From the NCBI GenBank assembly GCA_037447605.1, contig CM074808.1, positions 3,286,001-3,350,000 on the forward strand: DNA of 64,000 bases, given 5' to 3'. This document shows, in pieces, positions 51,601-62,811 of the stretch; positions within the stretch are counted from its first letter, which is position 1; each line of letters begins with the position of its first letter. A model generated the notes under the pieces. It had not been told where the DNA came from. It saw only the letters and a list, made by a program, of their open reading frames with translations, and did not search any database. A program made the position numbers and the translations under genes. The DNA is from Zygnema circumcarinatum SAG 698-1b (Eukaryota; Plantae; Zygnematophyceae).

Positions 51601-54242
51601 AGGGTGCGAAAGAGAGGGAGAGAGAGAGAGGGAGAGAGAGGGTTACCAAAAAAATGGATATTCCGCTCCGTTTCGACGCATGCAATAGTGCTGTGGCGCA
51701 CTCCCTCACCTGAAAACAGTCCCCGGAAAATGCCAATAAGGGATTTTAACGAAATCGAAAACCAATGCTGCAGATAAAAGGAGATAGAAAAGGGTAGTTT
51801 CCTGCATTGGACATGGAGTCTGCTCACACCTGACTTGTGCTTCCTGCGCTGCCTGTTGCTTCTGGCAGGTAAACTGTTTGAATGGAGTCCACTACCACAG
51901 CCCGAGGGCCCACTCGTTGGATCCACTCCAAGATGAGCTGGATCAACACAGTTGATTCAAACAAATAGTCCTCAAAATTGATCGAAACATCCCTTCCCTT
52001 TCCTTTTTTTTTCCTTTGTGATTTTGCATTCTTTCATAGCACTAGTGATACTGTGGTTTGGTCTTTACTTTGGTCATGTTGATCTCCCGACAAAAAGGTA
52101 GACCTAACACTCTAATCCCAGATCAACTTCACTCTATCAATCTTATTGTCCAATCATCCAAGAATTAATGACGTCAGATCCTTTTGCCAATGGCCGACTG
52201 CCGCAGTGTGAGAAAAAGTCAGTAACCAACCTCCATATTCGTAGCACTGTACAGAAATAGGTCCTCCGTTTCTATGCCCATCCGTTCCGCTCGATTGGCA
52301 ACTTGTTCAACACTCTGCATAGCACGCCAAGCGAGCATTCAATTTGGAGTTTCTAGGAAACAATTTGCACTAAAGAAGAAGAGAAAAATCAAAGAAGCAA
52401 ACTCTCAGCTTGTTTTCATGACTTGAGATGACAATTCGTTCACATAGCCCTGCTGCTAAACGATATACTCCAAGCACTTTGTTTTACATCAATCTAACAA
52501 AAGCCATCTTCCATGCTCATGGCAGTCTAAGTCCTACTTAAAGACCGCTTAAGAACAGCATCCATGTGGATGTAATGCTTGACCTACCTCCTCTCCCGAA
52601 ACATAGAGCACAGGTGCAGGACCATCCCCCTCCCCCCCTTCCGCAAGGAGACCTGCAACCTGGAAAATAGCAGTGGAAACCCACGTTTTCTTAACAAGCA
52701 TATACGCATTTGACTTCGACAACATAAAGCTCTTAAACTTGCCGAGTTCTAATCCATCTCTGATTCCTTGGCAAATTTCCTCATCTCTTCTGTCTTTGAA
52801 AGTACTTGTTCATTTCGTTCTATGTGAGGAATTGTGCTTTCATGAGCAACCGTAGCAGCAGGTCTGTCTGTTTGTGAGTTACCAAGAGGTCAATGGCCTG
52901 CCTGAAGGAGAAGTGTGCTCTTGCCCACTCCCGGGTCGCCTCCCACCAAGATGAGAGACCCTAATTCACAGCCCTCCCACTCCGGGGTCAGAGCACAACA
53001 CAGAGATTCTAGCCACTATGGTCCACGTTGCATCAAGTAAAGCTTTGCGAGATTCCTATATCTCTCTCACACTCCCTCTTTCTCTCAGTCGCTCTTAGCC
53101 GTTCACTTTTTCTCTCTCCATTCGGAAGGTAGCAATCCTATGGGTTTTTGTAGTGACTGGTGGTGAGATTGCCCAGAAATGTTACAAAGTGAGTAGTTGT
53201 CACTACAAAGGATGCGACTTGCAAACTCTAAAACTCTATGAACACCAAATACGTAAAGTACCGGGAACAACGCCGCCTCCAAGAACACGAGACAACTCCT
53301 TTCCCCCTTCTCCATTCCTGTACGCACAGCCAAAATTACGTTTTTCTAATGCGATAGTTTCGTAGAAGTGGTCCATGCATGGAGTTCAACACCGGTACTT
53401 GCGCTCATACTCAGATGTCCTTCAGTATGTTTACTACATTTCAAGAATATAGACAGAAAGTAGCACCAGGACTTCCAACACTGGCCAGGTGAAGCTGGAA
53501 GGCAAAATGACGCAACACCTCCTCCCCCTACAGTGTGCCAAATTCGGATTGCAGCCTCGCCTGCAGAAGTTGTCTCTCATTCACGTAAAAAAAAAAACGA
53601 CACTGGCTTTAACTTCATAATTTTCCCCCCTAGATCTTTTTAAGTCCATATGAAAATGTCTCGGAGCCTATATAGTGCATTTAGAAATACTCACAATATC
53701 ATTCGTGAACTCCTCAATCTGGGACTTGACCGGATTTCCGCCAGCCTTTGGGGGCCTCCTTGTGCATCCTCAACCCATGATCCCTTTGTTGCGCTTGAAC
53801 GTAGTATGCTGTTTAAGTCACCCTCCTCTTTTCCAGCGGAATTCCCTTCAGTTCTCTTAGTCCTGCTCTTTACAGCACTCATACTGTCCACCGCTCTAGC
53901 AGCAGCCCCCCCACCTTTAGAACTTCCACTCGCTCCCGACTCCGCTGGCAAATAGAGCTGCTTCAGGGTATTATACGCTCCACATTCTTTGCACTCTCCC
54001 CACCACTGGGGAAACCCTTCACCGCATTCTTGACAAACATAAATTTTCTTTACTTTGCCCTTACTTCCAGCTGCGCTGCTAGCGTAAACCTTAAACACTC
54101 TACTACATGCAGATTTTCTCACCGAAGGAGCTTGAAAGGCACTCCCAGCTTCAAGACCGTTCCAAGAGCCTATCCCTGCTGACGGCTGCGGCAAGAAAGC
54201 CGTCCAAAGCTGGCTCTTCGCAGCTCCAAAATGGGGATTCAT
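48679..54242 (-). CDS. RADA: Organellar DNA repair/recombination protein RadA/Sms, 604 aa
   Basis: Exons 54242-53695, 53317-53262, 52960-52902, 52659-52588, 52314-52231, 51937-51830, 51709-51647, 51445-51365, 51164-51099, 50843-50700, 50048-49926, 49626-49544, 49320-49248, 48933-48679 (1815 nt; two GC-AG introns). C4 zinc finger YVCQECG...WWGECKEC, Walker [10 protein letters not shown], Walker [14 protein letters not shown] motif, Lon-like C-domain ([18 protein letters not shown]), and a transit-peptide-like N-terminus. The start codon is uncertain. Confidence 0.93.
50150..50700. repeat. Pyrimidine-rich (CCCT/CTCC) low-complexity intron tract containing a 10-N gap at 50657-50666
   Basis: Read directly. 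Confidence 0.9.
51198..51220. repeat. A23 homopolymer in a RadA intron (T-tract on the sense strand)
   Basis: Read directly. Confidence 0.9.
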
Positions 54243-55856
54243 TGCCTTCACTAAAGTTTGAGAGCTTCTAAGGTAACACAATTTCTGTGAGATGTTGCAG
54301 AAAAAGGTAGAGATACATCTGTCAGAACGACTTCTTCCTGCTTGCAATCGTCCACATTGCCGGCTCGGCAGATTTACGAAACAAGCGTTGTGCGTTTTTC
54401 TCTGAAATGAGAAAGGGAAAGAGAGTCCCCTGATTCTGCTTCTCTGCCAATAGCCTTCTAATACTTTCAACATAGCAACAAGAGAGAGGTTTAAACCTCG
54501 TGCCTCCTTCGAAAAGCACTTAACATTCTGTCCGCAAGGTATAAGCAAAAAACAAAGCGTAAAGAATGGGGACTGTGGAGCTGGAGATCATTCAGAATAC
54601 ACAATGCATTGTGTTTTCTGGCATGCGCTGAAGAAAAGCAAAGAAGGCTTTTTTACTGATGGTCTATGGGGTTGCAAACTTAATGACGTCAGCCCTAAAT
54701 CTTTGATCGCCTGTGGCTGTCCGTCACTCGTTTCCCTCCCATTGTTGTCACATTCGAAAAAGATGCTGACGTCAGTTGTTGCTTCTGCCAGAAATTACTG
54801 CAGTGTACTGATGATGTGATTGAACTTTGGTTGTTGACTCTTCAACGCCATGGTCGGTTTGACAAAGAATGCTTAGGTTGCAGAAGTTCTATCATCACTG
54901 TTGTCATTTGTTCTGGCGCTGTCTTTCTGGATACAGTATCCTTTTCTTCTGACAGTGAACGCGTAGTCGACGCAGCACTCAAGTTGTTGCATGGTTGGAA
55001 CTCCTCTCTATGTTTTCACATGCTGCTCTGCGATGAATTCGCAATGTTCACTTGCTGTTGCTGTGCACAAGCTTAAAGTTTTCAATCGATCTCAACTTGC
55101 AGCTGACGATGACGAGATCACAGCTCATTTTGGTGGTAAGAAACAACACAACTTTGACTGATTACGGGCTTTGGATCAAACTTTCCATATTGTAATGTTC
55201 CTGATGTCGTAAACCAGGCCAAGCGAGCGTCAGGAGTTCGTTAAAGATGTGTGACCGAGTCTTCGGCAGCATAGTCTAACCCATTTTTGTCGAAGTCAGA
55301 AGCCTTGAGGGATAAGCATGAGGATCAGAACATAATGTAAATGAAGATGATGGGGAAGAAGCAGAGACAGAACCAAACCAACAGATAAGAAGAATCAAAC
55401 ATCCGCACTGCTATATTGGCTTAGACCGCTTCGTAATGAGAAGCCAAGAATAGGTACAATTTAACACAACCGTCTAAGCGCTCTAAATAAAATTCACAAC
55501 ACAAGAAAAAAAACATACAGTAAAAGCGCATTTGGTGCTTTTTTCTGTGCTCTCCACTTCACTAAGAAACTTCTTTCTTACTCCTAAATGTAGAGCCTGC
55601 TGAACCGGAACCTAAAAACCCTAAAATCCCTCTCTTAAGTACAATTGAACCTCTCACAGGGCCATAATGTCATTTCCTCAATTCAGCCCTCTATTTTGCA
55701 GTGCTCCCGAAAAAGAAAAGCGCCTTCTGCGATACTCGAATATGAAAGCGTTAGACTCCCTGTCAGGTAAGTCTTGCAATGATTTTGGATTTTTTAGGGT
55801 TTTTAGGTACTCTTGCAGGTCTGCGACAGTTCGCTCAAAACTTCAACGGGCCTCCA

Positions 55857-58800
55857 TCATCCATTGATCCATGGGTGAGCTGCATCATGACGATTAGCAA
55901 TGGGACGCATGTCAAAAAAAAAAAAAAGGAGTGAAGAATTCATACTGAGTGGAAGCGAATGGAGAGTTAAACTGGGAAGAGAGGATAGGAACAAATGAGA
56001 AGTGGAAGAGAGAACTTTTTTTTTCTTCTCAAGGGGGACGACGGGAAAGGACGAGAAAAACAAGAGGGGAAAAGAGAGAGCAAGTGGAGGAGCGATAAGG
56101 CAGCAAATTCAGCTACAATGCAGAGAGCAGATAGATGGAGCTTCCTTCTCCGGCTATTCCCTTTCTATCTTTACCTCCTTTCCTCCACCCTCTTCTCCTT
56201 TTCCGTCCCCTTCCCCCATCTTCCCGCCTCTCCCTCCTCCCCATATCCCATCCTGCCCCGTCCTCACTCACCCTCTCTTCTCTCCCCCCCCTTTTCTCCC
56301 TCTCTTGTCTGACCCTCCCCCCTCCTCTCCTTCAACCTGCGCCCCCCCTCCCCCCCCTCTTTCCCCCCTTCCTTCCGCGACCCTCTTCCTACCTCGGTCC
56401 TCCCCTCCCCCTCCCTCCTTGCTCACCCAAAATCTCCTTCGGTGTGATGCGCTGCTGCGGGTCGAGTGTGAGCATTCGCCGCACGAGATTCTTCGCGGGA
56501 GGCGAGATGCTCTCCCACACTCCCCCCGCGAGCTCGAGCGGTCGACTCCTCATCAGCTCCAACGCGCCGTCGTTTTGGTTGATCGCCCAAAAGGGCGGCC
56601 CTCCTGTAAGCAGCGCGAACAGCACCACTCCCGCACTCCACACATCGCCCTGCGGACCATATCTCCCCTCCAACACCTCGGGGGCGAGGTAGTTCGGAGT
56701 ACCCACCACATCCGTCAATGGCATGCCTGCCATGGCGGCAACCATCCAAACCCTCAAAACCCATCAGGTAACGAAATGGGAGCGAAAAACCTCTCTCACT
56801 TCTTTTTTTCAAAGTTTTGACCCTTTCAGAGTCTCCCTTGTGGAGGGTGGAGGAGAGGGTCTGAATATGGGAACGAACCTTGCTTGAAGAAGACGGCGAC
56901 GCCGAAGTCGATGAGTTTGATGGTGACGTCATCGTCCGCGGTGGCGAGCAGGATGTTCTCGGGCTTGACGTCACGGTGCATGACCCCCAGCGCGTGGCAG
57001 CGCTGCAGCGCGCCCGCGAGTGTCCGTACGACGGTCGCGGCCTTCCCCTCCGAGTAGCGCCGCTTCGCGCGGATGCGATCGAACAGTTCGCCGCCCTCGC
57101 ACAGCTCCATCACGAGGTGCACGTGCTGGGAGGGGGGAAGAGGGAGGAAAGGGGGGAGGGGGGAGGGATGAGGAGGGGGGAGGGGGGAGGGGGGAGGGGG
57201 GATGAGGGATGGGAGGGATGAGGGATGGGAAGAGGGTGGGAGGAGGGGGGAGGGATGAGGGGGGGGGGAGGGATGAGGATGAGGATGAGGATGAGGGATG
57301 AGGATGAGGATGAGGGAGGAGGGGGAGGGGGTACGGGGTAGGGGGAGTGGGGGAGGGGGAGGGGGAGGGGGTTAGGGAGAGGGGGGAAGGAAGAGGGGGG
57401 AAGGAAGAGGGGGGGGGAGGGTGGGGAGGGGAAAAAGGGAGAGGGAAGGGGAGGGAGTGAGGGGGAAAGGGAGGGAGGGAGGAAGAGAAGGGAGGAAGGG
57501 AGGGCGAGTGGGGAGGGACAAGGTTGAGCAAAAGAACAAAGGACATAAGCGTTGTCAAGAGTCAGCAAGGAGGCAACGGTGGAGGACTCTCCCCCTCCCC
57601 TCTCCCCCCTACTTCCCCCTCTCTCTCCCTCTCCCTTTCCCTCCACCAACCTGAGAGTCTTCAAAGGTGTCTCGCAGCTGCACGACATGCGGGTGCCCGT
57701 GCAGGAGCTCCATCACAGTCACCTCTGTGCGCACATCCTCAATGTCCTGCCACCTCTGAAGGGCCCGAACCAATCCGAACCAAAAAAAGGATCACATAGT
57801 GGTAAACAAGCAAACATAAAACTCAAATACTTCAAAGTCTTTAAACCACTGAATAAACCACATGCGAACAACAATCACCCATAAGAAGAAAAAATGATCT
57901 TTGCCCTCACCTGCAGCCGCGCCTTACTGATGGACTTGCATGCAAGCCTCTCTCCCGAACTCCGACTAACGCATATCCGAATCACTCCAAACCTCCCTCT
58001 CCCGAGCTCCTCCGACCCATTCAAAGCGTACTTCTCCCTCACATCCGCGAGAGGCCTCTTCAACACATTAATAGACTGAACAAAGTTTTTGGAATCTGCT
58101 TTCCCCCACGAGCCCTTAGCCGCAGCCGCCATGGCTGCCGCCTGCACCAACGCATGCAGGTCAGGTGCCTCCTTCTTCCCCACCGACCTCATGTCGGAGC
58201 TTTTCCTCCTATGATGCGTCCCTTTCTCTCCCTCCTCCCCACCACTCCTCCCTGCACTCTCTCCCACCGTTTTCCCTCCCCTCTGCTCCCAATGTTCCCC
58301 CATTTCCTGGCACTGCGGCCGACTGCCCCTCAGAGACCCATTTGCGCTTTTCGTCCCCTCTCTGCTGCTCAACATTTCCAGGCTTCTCCTCCTATCTTTT
58401 GCCGATTTTTGGGGTTTTAGAACCTTGTGAGGACCCTCGGAAGAGAGAAGCTCAACGCTTCCCCTCCTTTGATGGCGAGGGCGAGCAGCAGCGCTCATTT
58501 GCTGAACCCAAGACCTCTCCGCCTTTATCTCCTCATGATGTTGGTGACTCATAAGAGCAGCTGCAGCAGCAGCACCCGAGGTCCTCCTCCCAGAGCTCGA
58601 GGGGTCTCTCTCGACCACTCTCTCCCTCTCCCTCTCCCTGTCGTATTGTTGTTCCCTGTCTCTCTCTCCCTCTCTCCCCCTCTCTCTCTCTCTCTCACTA
58701 TGCTGCTGCTGCTGCTTCAAAGCCTGCTCAAACGCATTCTGGCCATGTCTGCTCATTTTCTCTGCCGATTCGTTTCCCGCGTGCTTCAGATTAGAAGGTG

Positions 58801-60067
58801 AACGCGTTCCCACGGAAATGGAATCAGGGCTTCCCCCCAAAGCGCGAGGGTCGAACTCCGAAGCTTGGGGGGAGTAAAGCATATGATTAATATCAGCCGA
58901 CCGAGTTCGAGTAAGAAGAGAATTTTTCTTAGGCTCTACCGATTTTTCTCGTTCCATTCTTTCACTTCGCCTGAGTGCCCAGTCCTCGGGTGCCCAAAGC
59001 TGCTTGTCCGGCTTAGAGTCAGGTTCTCCCTCTCCCTCTCCCTCCATCTCCACACTCCGCCGTCTCCCTCTCTCCCTCTCCCTCTCTCTCTCCCGCAGCC
59101 TCTCCCCTCCCTCCCCACCACTCCCAACTTCCACCGACCTCCGCCGCCCTGCCGCCACGCGCTGACTGAATCCGTATTCCTCGTCCGAAATGGCGACTTC
59201 CTTGACTTGCTTGACTTCCTTGACTTGGTCGACTTTTCGGACTTGGTTGACCACTTCCGAGCGGCTATAGTCCCTGAGCGGGGAGGAGTGCTGCAGCTGC
59301 GCGACGGAGCTCGTGGTTCTCCGCAGCCCTGAACCCTGAAGCTGCCTCGCCGGCGATTTGCCGCCTGCCCCATTCCTAGAATTCTTAGCTTTTTTTGGGT
59401 TTTTCGAATTGGCAGACGCCGGAAGGGAGGGCCTAAAGCGTCTGGAAGCGTTTTCTTCTCCGAGTTCAGAGGCAAAGGTACAGTCAGCATCGCTGTCTGA
59501 CGTGTATGTAGTCGACGAATCCTTGCGTGACAGCTGTCCCTCCCATCCCGGCGAGTCCGACCAGCTGCACTCCCTCCTCCCTCCCTCTCCCCCTCCCTCT
59601 CTCCCTCCCTCCCAGAGACTGGGATGCTGCCTCTGAGGAGACTCCTTCCAAGCTCCGAACTCTTCTGGAAGCTTCTTCTTCTGCTTCTCCTCATCGCCCA
59701 CTCTGCCGCCGCTCGCCAGCTGCCGCACCCTCATTGGCCGATCCTCATCATCCAACGGCGGAGCCGCCACGGATCCGACGGCTGCCATCGTCCGGAAGGG
59801 TTCCAGAAGCTCCGAAAGGTCCGCCCTCCGCTCGTCCACAGAGCGCCGCCGCGCGGAGGACGAGGAGGAGGGGGCGGTGGGGCCCACCTCCACCGACCTA
59901 CGGCGGGGCCTACTAGGCTGCTGGAGGGGCTGCTCCTCGCGACACGTGGCAGCTGATGTGGCGCGGTCGGGTGACGTGGCAGTTGAGGTGAGGGCGGAGG
60001 AGGCGACGGCGGGGTCCGCTCGCTTGCTTTTCCACCCCTTGAAGAGACTCTTCATGGTCACGCCCAT
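55857..60067 (-). CDS. CDPK/PPCK-superfamily Ser/Thr kinase with a long disordered N-terminus and no EF-hands, 943 aa
   Basis: Exons 60067-57911, 57755-57651, 57125-56879, 56726-56427, 55879-55857 (2832 nt). Motifs LGRGRFG, LACKSISK, HLVMELCEGGELFDRI, HRDVKPEN, DFG, GTPNYLAPE, DVWSAGV and ISPPAKNLVRRML; ends AHPWING-stop. Confidence 0.88.
57127..57520. repeat. G/A-rich low-complexity tract (kinase intron 2)
   Basis: Almost purine-only on the + strand, with many G4-G7 runs. Confidence 0.9.
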
Positions 60068-60720
60068 CTCTCTCTCTCCCCCTCTCGCTCTCTCTCCCTC
60101 TCCCTCTCTCTCCCTCTCCCTCTCTCTGCTCTCCTCTCCCGTCCACTTCCACTCGCCCTCTCTTCTCCCTTTCAGCTCACACTACGCCACATTAGAGAAT
60201 GTCATCGTTCCAACACGCCTCTCTCTCTCTCTCTAAACCCCTCTCCCTCTCTCTCCTTGTCTCTATCTCTTCCCCTATTTCCTCTCCGTCCTCTCCTTCA
60301 CTCTCTCCTGTTACTCTCCCTTTCGTATGTCACTCTATCTCAGTCTCTCCCTCTGTCCTATCTCCTTCCCTCTATTCTCTCTCCCCCTCCCCTCTCTCCC
60401 TCTCTCTCCTTTAACTCTCCCTCTCCTCTGTCTCCCACCCTCCCTCCCCCCTCTCTCCCCCTCTCCTCACTCTCCCCCTGGCTCCATTGTCACTCTCACT
60501 CTCTCTCTCTTTTCCTCCCTCTCCTTTTCTCGCCTCTCTCTTCTCTCCTCTGTACGTAGTCTCCTCCCACTCTCTCCCTCTCCCTCCCTCCCCGCTCAGT
60601 CACCTCCCTCCCTCCCTACTTCCTTCCCTCCCGCTCTCTCCCTCCCTCTCTCCCTCCCTCTCTCCCTCCCTCTCTCCCTCCCTCTCCCGCTCCCACACGG
60701 CGAGTGGCCCCCTCCCTCCC
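60068..60720. repeat. CT-rich low-complexity tract upstream of the kinase ATG
   Basis: Read directly. Confidence 0.85.
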
Positions 60721-61816
60721 CCTCGCGTGCGTGTCGGCGCATTCATGGTCCAGGCGGGCCCCTCAGGCGCCGCCGTTTGTCGTTTTCGCAGCCTCCCGTG
60801 CCACCTCACTCCTCCGCGCGCGGTCGCTCTTGTCGCTTTAGGCCCCCGTTACGCGCGTGCCGGTGCCGCCCCGCCAGCTGGCGTCCCCTGGCGTGATTAC
60901 TCGTCAAACGGCCGTAACGCCGAGAAATGTCGGTGGGTTGTCCTTTTCTCGATCCAAGATATTTGTCGTATCTCAACTGCCGCGTCGGATCTTCCCGCCA
61001 GCTCATCGCGCTGAGCAACTTCCACCGCCGTATCTAAAACGGGCCGTTTTCATTGGTCTATACCTGTACGTAGATTTTTTGGAGATCTTTACAAGCCATG
61101 TCACCTGCTAATTTTTTTGTCGTTTAGCCAAGGATTCGTTTGTTTGATAGTCCTTCAAATTCTTGTATTTTTTCTAAAAGGTAAATTAACAATTCACTCG
61201 ACCACCTCGAATCAGTTCATTTTCAGAGGTCAAGTATCCGTCGCTAAAAATTCTCTTATATTGTCGTTTTTACGTGGCCGTACTCTATTTTGGACGAGGT
61301 GGCGTCAGCGGCGTCAGAGCCAGTCTCAAAATATACGGATGGTTTGCCCCTGGAAACCTCCACGTCATCGGTTTGTTGTACGGACAAATCTGGGCAGCCT
61401 CGTGTCGCAGACCCTAACAACCAAATCTCAACGTCCAATCAAAATCGGTCTACAGATTTCATAGGTCCCTATAAAGTCCTTTTCCCATACGGAATCGTAT
61501 GGACCGTACAATATGGTACGGTACGGACGGCACAAGCGTACGGCGCGATGCAAACGGAAGGGGACCGGCCCTGGGAGGTGGACCGAATGGTTTTAAAGTC
61601 AACACGTGTTCTATGTACATGAACGGTTCCAGGTCGCCGTTGCGAGTTCCATGCCCATTCAGCGTTTTATCCTTACAATAAAACGTTTTATCCTTACTGT
61701 CTCAGAGCATGGGTGAATAGGCCAAGGGGAGACATCCCCTGGGGCGTCTCTATGTGGTGGCAGGCCATGCAATGTGGCGGAAGGTGATGGAGCGGTCCTA
61801 GACTAATGCCATGCCC

Positions 61817-61975
61817 CATCACATCACATCACATCACATCACATCACATCACATCACATCACATCACATCACATCACATCACATCACATCACATCACATC
61901 ACATCACATCACATCACATCACATCACATCACATCACATCACATCACATCACATCACATCACATCACATCACATC
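61817..61975. repeat. Perfect (CATCA)n pentanucleotide microsatellite, about 32 units
   Basis: Read directly. Confidence 0.98.
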
Positions 61976-62811
61976 GCCGAGAAGTCATCCGATTCAACAT
62001 TGATATGTTTTGCATGTCGGTTCATGGCCAGCTTTTTCCTACGACCCCCGGAAAGCAGTTCATCGCGAGCATCATAGTGGACGGCGAGTGCAAGCCAACA
62101 CTCACAGGGCAGGAACCAAACGACTCACAAGAAGTCAAAACAACGTATGGGCATTGAGCACAGGTTCCCTCCGTTCAAGTACTTGTTGAACCGTGCGATG
62201 TCGGTGGTTATTTCTCTAGATGAAGTACAGAAGAGATAAGAGCACTTGCCGAGCCCCAACTTGAACTGCGCAGACCGACCCCACAACACACAAGTGCTGC
62301 TGCTCACTGCTGCCAAGATGATGATACGCGTCAGCATTTGGCCACCATCCAGCCCCCCCCACCATATAAATAGCCGCACAGGCCTGCCCTCAGACCCCCC
62401 TCGCTCGCCGCCTCCTTCCACAACCCATCGTCCGCCTCCAATCGGGCCCTCCCTCGTCCCTGGTCGGAGTCCGTCAACGGTAGGAGAGCCTCTTATTTGC
62501 CGCGAATACACGAAAAAAAAAAATTCAATATCAAATTCGCAATTTCGCCAACCAAAAAATTGCTCCGCACGGCCTGCGAACCGTCAGCTCCATCCATTTA
62601 TTTGCACATTTCCCTTCTGCGTGGGAATGCAGCTTTGCTGTTGAAACTATGTTCCTGCCCGACCTTCAAAATGTTCGTTATTTTGAGGGCCCATCCTCCT
62701 CCAACTCCATCCTCTCTTGCTGTAACAGTTTCCCAGCTTTCCAGACAGAACTGTAACAGAGACTACATGGAACCCTAATTCTCAGTTGCTTCTCAGTTCC
62801 CTTTCCGTCCG

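Noticed and set aside
55767-55818. Perfect-looking plus-strand GT-AG pair (CAG|GTAAGT...TTGCAG|G) near the kinase stop
   Set aside because: At 52 nt it is shorter than any supported intron here, about one such donor is expected by chance per strand, and the spliced ORF has no recognisable product.
61806-62077. His-rich HITSH-repeat ORFs
   Set aside because: Translations of the (CATCA)n microsatellite.
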